DNA from: an uncultured Acetatifactor sp.
Lineage (GTDB): Bacteria; Bacillota; Clostridia; Lachnospirales; Lachnospiraceae
Direction: 5' to 3'
Assembly (NCBI GenBank): GCA_947625675.1
Contig: CANQPH010000009.1
Coordinates: forward strand, 3,896-67,895
Length of the DNA stretch: 64,000 nt
Shown: positions 48,083 to 58,440 of the stretch, one piece after another
How positions within the stretch are numbered: the stretch's first letter is position 1
Layout: each line of letters starts with the position of its first letter
Translations under genes and position numbers: made by a program
The notes under the pieces: generated by a model
The model's input: the letters and a program-made list of their open reading frames with translations, nothing else
What the model was told of the DNA's origin: nothing
The model's database searches: none

Positions 48083-48976
48083 AGAATAGACGGCTATACC
48101 CGGGTCTGCGGGGTGATGGGCAATCCGGTGGAGCATACCATGTCGCCGGTGATTCACAATACTTTGGCGGAGAAGTTGGGGGACAATCTGGTCTACGTGC
48201 CCCTCCACGTGGAGAAGGGGAGGGCGGCGGAGGCCGCAAAAGGGGCCTATGCCCTGAATTTCCTGGGCCTGAACGTGACGGTGCCCTTTAAAAGCGAGGT
48301 GCTTCCGGCCCTGACGAAGATCGATCCCCTGGCGGAGCGGATCGGGGCGGTGAACACCCTGGTGCGGGACGAGGAGGGCTTCAAGGGCTATAATACGGAC
48401 ATGCCGGGGCTTTACCGGGCCATGGAGAGCGACGGCGTCCGGATAGAGGGAGAGGAAGTGCTTCTCCTGGGAGCGGGAGGCGTGGCCAGGGCCGTGGCCG
48501 TCCTGTTGGCGGAAAAAGGGGCTTCCCGCATCCATATTTTGAACCGGACCCTGGAAAAGGCCCGGGCCATTGCCGGAGAGGTGAACGGCTATGCCGGACG
48601 GGAATTGGTTCTGGCCCATGGTCTGGAGGATTGGAAGAACCTTTTGTATCCGGAAGGAGAAGGCGTTCGGCCGGAGAAAAAATATCTGGCCATCCAGTGC
48701 ACCAACTGCGGGATGTTCCCCCGGACGGATCAGGTGCCGATTGCGGATCCGGCTTTTTACGAGGGAATCCATACGGGCTATGATCTGATTTTCAACCCTT
48801 CCAGAACCCGGTTCATGGAACTGACGGCCCGGGCGGGCGGACGTTCCTTCGGCGGGCTCAAGATGCTTCTCTACCAGGGAGTCATCGCCTATGAGCTCTG
48901 GACCGGCAAGCGGGTGGAGGAGGATCTGGCCCGGGAGGTGTACGGCAGGATGAAGGAGGCCATGGGGATCGAATGA
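48080..48976 (+). CDS. aroE: Shikimate dehydrogenase
   Basis: SPVIHN, NVTVPFK, GAVNT, NTD, GAGGVA, MLLYQG. Confidence 0.93.
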   Translation: MRIDGYTRVCGVMGNPVEHTMSPVIHNTLAEKLGDNLVYVPLHVEKGRAAEAAKGAYALNFLGLNVTVPFKSEVLPALTKIDPLAERIGAVNTLVRDEEGFKGYNTDMPGLYRAMESDGVRIEGEEVLLLGAGGVARAVAVLLAEKGASRIHILNRTLEKARAIAGEVNGYAGRELVLAHGLEDWKNLLYPEGEGVRPEKKYLAIQCTNCGMFPRTDQVPIADPAFYEGIHTGYDLIFNPSRTRFMELTARAGGRSFGGLKMLLYQGVIAYELWTGKRVEEDLAREVYGRMKEAMGIE

Positions 48977-49977
48977 ACAGGAAATATCGGGAAGAAAAGG
49001 AAAACGTGGTGCTGACCGGCTTCATGGGAAGCGGCAAGACTTCCGTGGGAATCCGGTTGTCTTACAGGCTCCAGAAGGCCGTCCTGGATACGGACAAGAT
49101 GATCGAGAGCCGGGAAGGGCGGAGCATCAGCGATATTTTTGCAGCGGAGGGGGAGCCCTATTTCCGGGATTTGGAGACGGCCCTTTTGAGGGAGCTTGCC
49201 GAGGGGCTGAGCAACCAGATCCTTTCCGTGGGAGGAGGGCTGCCGCTGCGGGAGGAAAACCGCACCCTGCTTCGGAAGATCGGCACCGTGGTTTATCTGC
49301 GGGTCCGGCCCGAGACGGTGTATGAACGGCTGAAAAATGATACCACGAGACCTCTTTTGCAGGGCCCGGATCCCCTGGAAAAGATCAGAAACCTTCTGGA
49401 GGCTCGAAGGGACTGCTATGAGTCGGGGGCGGATCTCATCGTGGACGTGGACAACAAGAACATGGAAGAGGTGCTGGCCGATATCCGGGAAGGGTTGGAA
49501 CGGCTGCATGAGAAAAGGAAAGGAGCGTCGGCGGAGGGCATGAAACTATTGGTCATCAACGGCCCGAACCTGAATTTCCTGGGGATTCGGGAGAAAAACA
49601 TTTACGGCACCCAGGATTATCAATATCTCTGCGACATGATTCGGGAAAAGGGAGAAAAAGAGAACCTGAAGGTGGATATTTTCCAGAGCAATCATGAGGG
49701 GGCCATCATCGACCGGATCCAGGAAGCTTATTTTGACGGAACGGAGGGGATCGTCATCAATCCCGGCGCTTATACTCATTACAGCTATGCCATCCGGGAC
49801 GCCCTGGCCAGCATCACCGTGCCCAAGGTGGAGGTCCATATCTCCGATATCACCAGCCGGGAAGAGTTCCGCAAGGTGTCCGTGACCGCTCCGGTCTGCG
49901 ACAAACAGATCTACGGACGGGGGTTTGGGGGATATCTCGAAGCCATGGACTTCATCTGCGGGCTCCGGAAAGGCTGA
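48973..49977 (+). CDS. Fused shikimate kinase / type II 3-dehydroquinate dehydratase
   Basis: N-half GFMGSGKT...SVGGG...RPLL; C-half from Met 49540: INGPNLNFLG.RE..IYG, QSNHEG, INPGAYTH, EVHIS. Confidence 0.88.
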   Translation: MNRKYREEKENVVLTGFMGSGKTSVGIRLSYRLQKAVLDTDKMIESREGRSISDIFAAEGEPYFRDLETALLRELAEGLSNQILSVGGGLPLREENRTLLRKIGTVVYLRVRPETVYERLKNDTTRPLLQGPDPLEKIRNLLEARRDCYESGADLIVDVDNKNMEEVLADIREGLERLHEKRKGASAEGMKLLVINGPNLNFLGIREKNIYGTQDYQYLCDMIREKGEKENLKVDIFQSNHEGAIIDRIQEAYFDGTEGIVINPGAYTHYSYAIRDALASITVPKVEVHISDITSREEFRKVSVTAPVCDKQIYGRGFGGYLEAMDFICGLRKG

Positions 49978-50083
49978 CCCACATTCTTCCTGATTTTTGC
50001 AAAAAGGTGTTGAAAAAATATTCATTTTGTTATACACTGTTAGGGAATCAGAATGCGAACACACAATTTTAGGAGGAGTTTTT

Positions 50084-50641
50084 ATGATTTCTGCAGGTGA
50101 TTTCAGAAATGGTATTACCATTGAGGTGGATGGCAACGTTTACCAGATCGTGGAATTTCAGCATGTGAAGCCCGGCAAGGGAGCTGCCTTCGTCAGGACC
50201 AAGCTGAAGAACATCATCAACGGGGGCGTTGTGGAGAAGACCTTCCGCCCCACTGAGAAGTATCCTCAGGCACGTATTGATAGAAAAGATATGCAGTATT
50301 TGTATGCGGACGGGGATCTGTATTGCTTCATGGATACGGAGACCTATGAGCAGCTGGATCTGAACAGCGATACCGTTGGTTCCGCCCTGAAGTTCGTGAA
50401 GGAGAACGAGATCTGCAAGATTTGTTCTTATAACGGCAGCGTGTTTTCCGTGGAGCCTCCCCTTTTCGTGGAGCTGGAGGTTACCGATACCGAGCCCGGC
50501 TTCAAGGGAGATACCGCAACCGGCGCTTCCAAGCCGGCGGTGGTGGAGACCGGTGCGACGGTGGCCGTTCCCCTTTTCGTGAATCAGGGAGATCGGATCA
50601 AGATCGACACCAGAACCGGCGAATATCTGTCCAGAGCATAA
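50084..50641 (+). CDS. efp: Elongation factor P
   Basis: [32 protein letters not shown]. Confidence 0.97.
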   Translation: MISAGDFRNGITIEVDGNVYQIVEFQHVKPGKGAAFVRTKLKNIINGGVVEKTFRPTEKYPQARIDRKDMQYLYADGDLYCFMDTETYEQLDLNSDTVGSALKFVKENEICKICSYNGSVFSVEPPLFVELEVTDTEPGFKGDTATGASKPAVVETGATVAVPLFVNQGDRIKIDTRTGEYLSRA

Positions 50642-50712
50642 TCTGAAAAGCCTGTCAGACCTGAATGTACCTTACTCATATGTCACTTGAGGTTGTCGAT
50701 GAGGAGGTCAAT

Positions 50713-51648
50713 ATGGGTAAGCAGGAATTTGCGGAAAAAGTAAGAAGACATGTATCCACCAGGCTGGGAAGCGATTGCAGCGTGAGTCTGGAGGAGGTGC
50801 GCAAGAATAACGGCGTGATGTTTTTGGGACTGAAGATCCGCTGCAAGAACCGGAACGTTTTTCCCCTGATTTATCTGGAAAGCTTTCTGGAGAGCTATGA
50901 GGAGGGGACTCCCATGGGCCAGATCGTGGATCAGATTCAGTTTCTATATGAAAAGGGGATGCCGGACAACAATTTGAAAATGGATTTCTTTCAGGATTTT
51001 GAACAGGTGAAGGACAGGATCCTCTACCGCCTGGTCAATGCCGCCAAGAATGAGAAAATGCTGGAAGAGGTGCCCCATATCAGGTTTTTGGACCTGGCGG
51101 TTTGTTTTTATTATTCTTTTTATGAAAAAACACTTGGAATCGGGAGCATTATGGTGTATAATACCCATGTTGCCGCCTGGAAGACCAACGTGGAGGAGCT
51201 GATGAGGCTGGCGGCGGAGAACACGCCGAGGCTCTGCGGGCTCAAGGTCATGCGGATGGACGAGCTTTTCCCGGAACTGTTGGAAGGAACGGGCGGAGAT
51301 GATTCCCCGGAAGGAATTCCCGAGGAGGGCTTGGAACCGCAGGCGGGGGTTGATCCATCGGTTTCTTTTGAGATTTTGAGCAACCGCCAGGGAGTCTACG
51401 GGGCTTCCGCCATCCTATATCCCGGCGTCCTGCAGGGGATCGCCGAGCGGTACGGCGGGGACGTGTATCTGCTCCCCAGTTCCGTGCATGAGATGATCCT
51501 TCTACCGGCGGAACGGGAAGAGGATGCCGACGCTTTCCGGAGGATGGTCTGTCAGGTCAACGAGGAAGTGGTTTCGCCGGAGGACGTTCTTTCCCAGAAC
51601 GTATATCGGTATGACTCCCGCCAGGGGAGGCTTCTTATAATTTCATAG
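50713..51648 (+). CDS. Hypothetical protein, DUF5688-like
   Basis: KNNGV, PLIYLE, RLVNAAKN..L...PH..FLDLAV, SN...YGA, LPSSVHE. Family assignment from recall only. Confidence 0.6.
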   Translation: MGKQEFAEKVRRHVSTRLGSDCSVSLEEVRKNNGVMFLGLKIRCKNRNVFPLIYLESFLESYEEGTPMGQIVDQIQFLYEKGMPDNNLKMDFFQDFEQVKDRILYRLVNAAKNEKMLEEVPHIRFLDLAVCFYYSFYEKTLGIGSIMVYNTHVAAWKTNVEELMRLAAENTPRLCGLKVMRMDELFPELLEGTGGDDSPEGIPEEGLEPQAGVDPSVSFEILSNRQGVYGASAILYPGVLQGIAERYGGDVYLLPSSVHEMILLPAEREEDADAFRRMVCQVNEEVVSPEDVLSQNVYRYDSRQGRLLIIS

Positions 51649-51729
51649 ATTTTTTTCAAAAAATTTATGGACAGATGTTAACATTTATGATATTATAATC
51701 AGGGTGATGTAATAATTTTGTAATAATTT

Positions 51730-51801
51730 GCATCCGTAGTCTAATGGATAGAACGAAGGCCTCCGACGCCTTTAATGCAGGTTCGATTCCTGTCGGATGC
51801 A
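51730..51801 (+). tRNA. tRNA-Arg(CCG)
   Basis: GCATCCG/CGGATGC acceptor, AAGGC/GCCTT anticodon stem with CT-CCG-AC, TTCGATT loop. Confidence 0.93.
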
Positions 51802-51854
51802 TTTTACATCACCCTGATTTTAATTTACCCATTTTTGAGAGAAAGGTGTATGAC

Positions 51855-53237
51855 ATGTGGAAGGATAAACTGAAAACGGTACAAAGCTTTATGGTGAAGC
51901 ATTGTATGGTTGTGTTCCCTTTTGTCGTGATCGTGGCGGTGGCCGCCACGGTGGCCATAGCGCTGGGAGCGGATAATCCGGATGAATCGGAGATTGAAGA
52001 GCTTCTGGCGGCGGAGAGCCACGTGGAGACGACGGAGGAGACGGTTCCGGAAGCCCCCCATATTCCCGATGCGGAAGAGATCGAGGCCAATCCTCAGGAT
52101 TATCAGCTGACGGTCAGCGAGGATCCCGCACTGCGGACGTTGTTGGAGACCTATTATGGTTCCCTGGCTTCCGGAGACGTGGAGACGATACAGACCCTGA
52201 GCAACTTCGTGAAGGACACGGAGGTGGTCCGCATCCAGGAACTGAGCAAGTATATTTCCAGCTATTCCGTCCTGGAGATTTACACGAAGCCTGGCCCCGT
52301 GGAGAATTCCTGGATCGCCTATGTGTATACCAAGGTGAAGTTTAACGGACATGAGGAAGAAGTGCCCGGATACTCCACTTTTTACGTCTGCGCGGATGAG
52401 AACGGGCAGCTGTATTTCAATGACGGCAAGAATGAAGAAGAGGTTTTGGAATATATCAGAACCGTGAATCTGATGCAGGACGTGGTGGATCTGAACAATC
52501 GGGTGACGGCGGAATACAATGAGCTGATGAAATCGGAAAAGCAGATTTTCGATTATATCGTGGAGCTGCAGAGGGAAGTGGGCATAGCGGCCGGTGAGGC
52601 CATCGCTTCCAGGGTCTCCGGCGAGAACGGCGCCGGGGAAGGCGAGAATGCGGATGAGGGAAGCCCGGAGGGACTTTCCGAAGGAACCGATGAGGGAAGC
52701 GGGGACGGAGAGCCTGCGCAGCCTGCCGACAGTTCTTCCGTGAGCAATTCCCAGAATGCGGATTTGACCGGAACCGCCACTACCACGGTGAACGTGCGGG
52801 TCTCCGACAGCGAGCAGGCTGATAAGATGGGTAAGCTGTCTGCCGGGCAGCAGGTGAAGGTGCTGGAGCAGATGATTAACGGCTGGACCAAGGTCATTTA
52901 TGATGGGCAGGAAGGATATGTGAAGTCGGAATACCTTCTGGTCACCGGGGGAGAGGGAGGATCTGCGGATGGCTCCGCCTCCGACGGGCAATCTCCGGCA
53001 AATGACACATCTTCTGCAGACGGTTCCTCTGCGACACCGTCTGATTCCGGAACGGCCACAAGGACCGCCGTGGCCACCACTAATGTCAATATCCGAGCCA
53101 CTGCCAGTGAAAAAGCGGAGAGATTGGGCAAGGTGGTAGGCGGCGATCAGGTGGAAGTGCTGTCCGAGTCCGGCGAGTGGAGCCAGATCCGGTACAAAGA
53201 CATCGTGGGCTATGTGAAGTCCGAGTATCTGAGATGA
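51855..53237 (+). CDS. Membrane-anchored protein with two C-terminal SH3b domains
   Basis: N-terminal TM, acidic linker, TVNVRVS...GWTKV...EGYVKSEYL and NVNIRAT...WSQI...VGYVKSEYL. Confidence 0.85.
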   Translation: MWKDKLKTVQSFMVKHCMVVFPFVVIVAVAATVAIALGADNPDESEIEELLAAESHVETTEETVPEAPHIPDAEEIEANPQDYQLTVSEDPALRTLLETYYGSLASGDVETIQTLSNFVKDTEVVRIQELSKYISSYSVLEIYTKPGPVENSWIAYVYTKVKFNGHEEEVPGYSTFYVCADENGQLYFNDGKNEEEVLEYIRTVNLMQDVVDLNNRVTAEYNELMKSEKQIFDYIVELQREVGIAAGEAIASRVSGENGAGEGENADEGSPEGLSEGTDEGSGDGEPAQPADSSSVSNSQNADLTGTATTTVNVRVSDSEQADKMGKLSAGQQVKVLEQMINGWTKVIYDGQEGYVKSEYLLVTGGEGGSADGSASDGQSPANDTSSADGSSATPSDSGTATRTAVATTNVNIRATASEKAERLGKVVGGDQVEVLSESGEWSQIRYKDIVGYVKSEYLR

Positions 53238-53277
53238 GGATTCCGGGAGATTGTTTTCCCGTCTGGCAAATTGACCG

Positions 53278-53359
53278 TCTGAAATACTGGATGCTGCAAT
53301 ACTGAACGCCGAAGCATTGAGTGCTGCAATATTGAACGCTGAATACTGAAATGTTGAAT
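53278..53359. repeat. 15-bp degenerate tandem array (about 5.5 units)
   Basis: TCTGAAATACTGGAT, GCTGCAATACTGAAC, GCCGAAGCATTGAGT, GCTGCAATATTGAAC, GCTGAATACTGAAAT, GTTGAAT. Confidence 0.75.
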
Positions 53360-53519
53360 TTCGATGTTTTCCTGACAGCTATAAATGGGATCGAATTTCC
53401 AGCCGGGGCGAATAATCCGGCGCAAGATGAGCATACTAGGGAAGGAAACATGCTACTGAAAGAAACGTACTATTGAAAAAAAGCACTGCTGAAAGAGAAA
53501 CGAATATCAATAGGATAGG

Positions 53520-53548
53520 AAAAAGAGATACTTCGGTATCTCTTTTTT
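53520..53548. terminator. Perfect 12-bp hairpin with a TTCG loop and T-tail
   Basis: AAAAAGAGATAC-TTCG-GTATCTCTTTTT-T. Confidence 0.75.
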
Positions 53549-53565
53549 GTACGGGAGGGATTCGG

Positions 53566-53997
53566 ATGAGGTCACAGGAGATTGCGCTGTATCGGGAAAT
53601 TCAGAAAAGCACGGAGAACGCCATGACGGTTCTGGACACGATGTCAGAGAAGATTTATGACGACCAGCTGGCGCTGCAGACCTCCAGACAGGCGCTGCAG
53701 TATTCGGAGATTCACAATCAGGCGGTGGAAAGGCTGCTGCGGGCCAAGGCGGAGCTTTACCATGGGAACCGCCTGAATGACTTGGCCCTGAAAGGCGGGG
53801 TGCACTACAACACCCTGTTGAACAATAGCACCGGCCACATTGCGGAGCTGCTGATCCGGGAGAGCAACGAGGGGATCCTTTCCATGAATCGGGCGCTGAA
53901 CCATAATGAGGAGGCGGGGGAATCTTCCTCCGCATTGGCCAAGAGGCTGATCGATCTGGAAGAAAAAAGCATCGCTAGGCTGACCAGATATTTGTAA
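53566..53997 (+). CDS. Hypothetical all-helical protein (possibly ferritin-like bundle)
   Basis: GGAGGG RBS, 143 aa, helical pattern with E..N...RL end. Fold is inferred. Confidence 0.7.
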   Translation: MRSQEIALYREIQKSTENAMTVLDTMSEKIYDDQLALQTSRQALQYSEIHNQAVERLLRAKAELYHGNRLNDLALKGGVHYNTLLNNSTGHIAELLIRESNEGILSMNRALNHNEEAGESSSALAKRLIDLEEKSIARLTRYL

Positions 53998-54224
53998 TAA
54001 TTGTATACATGTATATTGTTTGTGCAAATTATCTAAAAAACGCCGTGAAACTTTTCCAATTTACTACGAAAAAGTGTGTTGTGAAATTGAAAAAATCGTT
54101 ATATAATGAGACGTGGACAAGGGCGTCGCAAGGCATAGGTGGGATACCCCGTGCCTTTTCTTTTTGTCCGGCGTCCTGGAGTATTTGTTCGACAGGTATA
54201 TTATATATGAAGGAGGACATGTAG

Positions 54225-55571
<1,347 letters not shown>

Positions 55572-55647
55572 GCGGGCGGTTTGTATAGGCAAGTGAATTG
55601 AACTGGATCTTTACGGGATTGTGCCTGTGGATGGATCCGGAGATTAT

Positions 55648-55695
55648 AAGGGATCGTTGCTTGGTTGGCAATATGCGGCCAGGCAATGATCCTTT
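55648..55695 (+). terminator. 20-bp hairpin downstream of gdhA
   Basis: All five non-Watson-Crick positions are G.U pairs on the + strand, followed by TTTTACATTT. Confidence 0.6.
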
Positions 55696-55807
55696 TACAT
55701 TTATAGAAATCGTGCTTTTTCATTGATATTTCCTCTTGTAAGGGAGAAAGATTGCAATTATACTTTACATATAAACTGTTAATCCGGCAACGAAAAAGGA
55801 GGAACCG

Positions 55808-56686
55808 ATGAACAAGCTGGGAATTTTCATGAATTTTTGGGAACAAAACTGGAATGCGGATTACTACAAATATATCAAAAAAGCTTCCGATCTGGGCTTT
55901 GACGTTCTGGAATTCCAGGCGCAGCCGCTGTTGAACATTCCAGACGAGGAACTGAGGAATATCAAAAAGGCGGCGGATGACTGCGGTATTGAACTCACCT
56001 ATAGCCTCGGGCTGGATAAACGATATGATATTTCTTCTGACGATCCCTATATTCGGGGAGCGGGGGTGGTTTATCTGACGGACATTCTGAAAAAAGTGGC
56101 TGTACAGGAAGGAAAGATCATTTCGGGCGTGAGTTACGCCGGTTGGGGCGTCCCGGAAGGTGAGATCAATAAAAAGAGGAGGACCGCCAACAGCATCGGC
56201 TCCATGAAACAGCTGGTAAAAGTGGCCAATTCTCTGGGAATCCAATATGCGGTGGAAGTGGTGAACCGCTTTGAAGGAGTGGTCCTGAACACCGCCAAGG
56301 AGGCCGTGGCCTATGTGGAAGAGGTGGACAGCCCCAATATTGGAGTCCTTCTGGACACCTATCATATGAATATCGAGGAGCCGTCGATCCGTGACGCCAT
56401 CCATACCGCCGGTAAATATCTGATCGGTTTCCACGTGGGAGAAAACAACCGCACCGCACCGGGGAGAGGACATCTGAACTGGGACGAGATCTTTGATGCG
56501 CTGAAGGACGTGAACTATAGAGGAAGGATCGTGGCGGAGCTGTTCGTGAAGGCCGGAGGCGAAGTGGGACGGGACATTTACGTGTGGAAGGATCTGATCG
56601 AAGAGGAAGGCGAGGAAGTGCTGGATGCGGAAGCCAGGTATATGCTGGCCTTTGAGAGAAAAATGCTGGAAGCCAGGGGCATGTGA
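55808..56686 (+). CDS. Ketose 3-epimerase (D-psicose/D-tagatose/L-ribulose 3-epimerase family)
   Basis: FWEQNWNADY N-terminus, EVVNRFE, DTYHMNIEE, HVGENNR, PGRG..W, and VAELF carrying the second catalytic Glu. Confidence 0.88.
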   Translation: MNKLGIFMNFWEQNWNADYYKYIKKASDLGFDVLEFQAQPLLNIPDEELRNIKKAADDCGIELTYSLGLDKRYDISSDDPYIRGAGVVYLTDILKKVAVQEGKIISGVSYAGWGVPEGEINKKRRTANSIGSMKQLVKVANSLGIQYAVEVVNRFEGVVLNTAKEAVAYVEEVDSPNIGVLLDTYHMNIEEPSIRDAIHTAGKYLIGFHVGENNRTAPGRGHLNWDEIFDALKDVNYRGRIVAELFVKAGGEVGRDIYVWKDLIEEEGEEVLDAEARYMLAFERKMLEARGM

Positions 56687-56829
56687 AATACGAATTGCTG
56701 AAAGATTCCCACTATATTGAGGGAAAGACTTTGGATGCAACAATGGTGCAGCCTCACAAGGCGGTTGATTTCCGCCTTGTGAGGCTTTTTGTAGAGAACA
56801 GGTCTCTTCATGGTTAGCTGTTTCATGCA

Positions 56830-58440
56830 CTATAGATTGTAGTTTCGTCGGTATTCGGACGGAGTGGTTCCATATTGCTTTTTAAATAACCTTGAAAAAT
56901 AGTTGGCATTGTCATAACCGGTAAGAGAAGATATTTCCAAAATGTTTTTATTGGAACTTTTCAAAAGTCTGGCCGCTTCGTACATTTTAATATTGGTAAT
57001 GTATTCTGATAAACGAGTCCCCGTTTCTGCCTTAAATATAGCGCTTAAATAGTTGGGGCTGATACACAGTTTCTGTGCGATCATTTGAACATTGACAGGT
57101 TCATGGAGTTCTTCCAGTATGATCTTTTGCACGTTTGAAATTAATTTCCCCGTCTTCTTTTTTAGTATATGACGAGAAGTAACCAGCAGATTCCGCAGAT
57201 TTTTCTTGATATTGGATTCAAGCAATGGAAGACTTTCTGCGCTTAGAATATCGTTCAAAAGCCTGGAATAAATATCAGGCCGTTCTGAAATAACAGATAG
57301 CTTGTTGGATAAATCCATCAAGAAAATGATGAGGTCAACCTTCAAGGCTATAACGTTTTCCTTTGTAGCCAGGCCGAGTTGAATGATATTGTTAAATTCT
57401 TCCCCCAACAATTTGTCTATCTCAGTAAAATTATTTTGATACAGACATTGCGTGATTTTTTCTTTTACCTTGGGCGATAATTGAAATCGCTGGAAATCTT
57501 TTTCATGCAGATCGCAGAAGAAGCAAACAAAACTATTTCCAAAAAAATTACCCTGATTTAGAGCATCACACGCTTGTCTGTAACTGTTTCCGATATCTGT
57601 GATGGCGTCACAAGCCAGACCGACTCCTGCACTGATCTTCACATTATATTCTTTGAAAGCCCTTTTTTCTATGACTTCCAAAGCTTTTTCCAGTTCATAT
57701 CGGAACAGGCCTTCCGGTTCTTTCATCAATAATAAGCATGAAAGCATTCCCGCATCGCGCACGTAAGACCGCATGGGGGCTATTTTATGGATCTCATATT
57801 GGACGATGGATTGCACTGATAAAGTTTTTTTCCATATTTCATCTTTTTTCGCATTATGGCCAGAGGGCGGATTAAAAGAAATAACAAAAGCAAGGTAGTA
57901 TTGATTCGTGTCCGAAGCGAGTCCCAGGAAATGCATGGTGTTGTCAATATCCTGGGGGAAACAATGATTCTCTAATAGGTTATTGAAAAGAAGGTCTTGT
58001 AATTTGGACAAATTCTGACGTTCTTCTTCTTTTGTCTGTGCTTCTTTGATATGTTTCTTTTCTATCTGTCTGCTGAGAGACTGAGCTGCCATCCCTTCCG
58101 GAGTGGGAAATATCTTTCCCAATTTTTGGGGAGTTATGGGAGATTCCAATATGGCAACGGATTTTGTAAGAAAAGTTTTGAGTTTTATCGCATGCTCCGC
58201 ATGCGTGATTATGGTCAATAATCTGACAGACTGGCATATGGCAATCAGATGAAGCCAACCATTGGGAACGTTTTCCAAAAGATCCTCATTGACAATTACG
58301 ATATCATTTTTGCCAGGACTTTCGATTTCAAAAAAATGAATGTTTTCCGAAATTTCCAGCGTCATATGCGGATAATGGCGGTTGAAGTATTGACTGATTA
58401 TCACCAAGTTATCAGGGTTATTGTCTAAGATCTTTATCAT
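56830..58440 (-). CDS. YesN-like AraC-family regulator with a degenerate receiver domain
   Basis: C-terminal SPNYLS..FK, GYDNANYFSRLFKKQYGTTPSEYR; central CdaR/GGDEF-like region (ISAGVG); N-terminal REC-like region lacks canonical residues. Confidence 0.85.
   Translation of the reverse strand: MIKILDNNPDNLVIISQYFNRHYPHMTLEISENIHFFEIESPGKNDIVIVNEDLLENVPNGWLHLIAICQSVRLLTIITHAEHAIKLKTFLTKSVAILESPITPQKLGKIFPTPEGMAAQSLSRQIEKKHIKEAQTKEEERQNLSKLQDLLFNNLLENHCFPQDIDNTMHFLGLASDTNQYYLAFVISFNPPSGHNAKKDEIWKKTLSVQSIVQYEIHKIAPMRSYVRDAGMLSCLLLMKEPEGLFRYELEKALEVIEKRAFKEYNVKISAGVGLACDAITDIGNSYRQACDALNQGNFFGNSFVCFFCDLHEKDFQRFQLSPKVKEKITQCLYQNNFTEIDKLLGEEFNNIIQLGLATKENVIALKVDLIIFLMDLSNKLSVISERPDIYSRLLNDILSAESLPLLESNIKKNLRNLLVTSRHILKKKTGKLISNVQKIILEELHEPVNVQMIAQKLCISPNYLSAIFKAETGTRLSEYITNIKMYEAARLLKSSNKNILEISSLTGYDNANYFSRLFKKQYGTTPSEYRRNYNL

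Noticed and set aside
5008-49509. Many long antisense or alternate-frame ORFs in the track (e.g. 5008-6393, 7208-8557, 9311-11197, 11257-13140, 15917-17929, 18127-19881, 31783-33516, 34423-35880)
   Set aside because: They are shadows of well-supported genes on the other strand or frame, as expected in GC-rich coding DNA with few stops. They have no motifs or RBS.
51730-51801. tRNA-Arg as an island boundary, and the ORF-track start at 51744
   Set aside because: No att duplication or integrase nearby. The 51744 start overlaps the tRNA, so ATG 51855 with its RBS is preferred.
53278-53359. Possible CRISPR array
   Set aside because: Units are 15 bp, contiguous and degenerate, with no unique spacers and no cas genes.
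54188-54194. Perfect Spo0A box (TTCGACA) upstream of gdhA
   Set aside because: A single 7-mer is expected several times by chance in 64 kb and has no supporting context.
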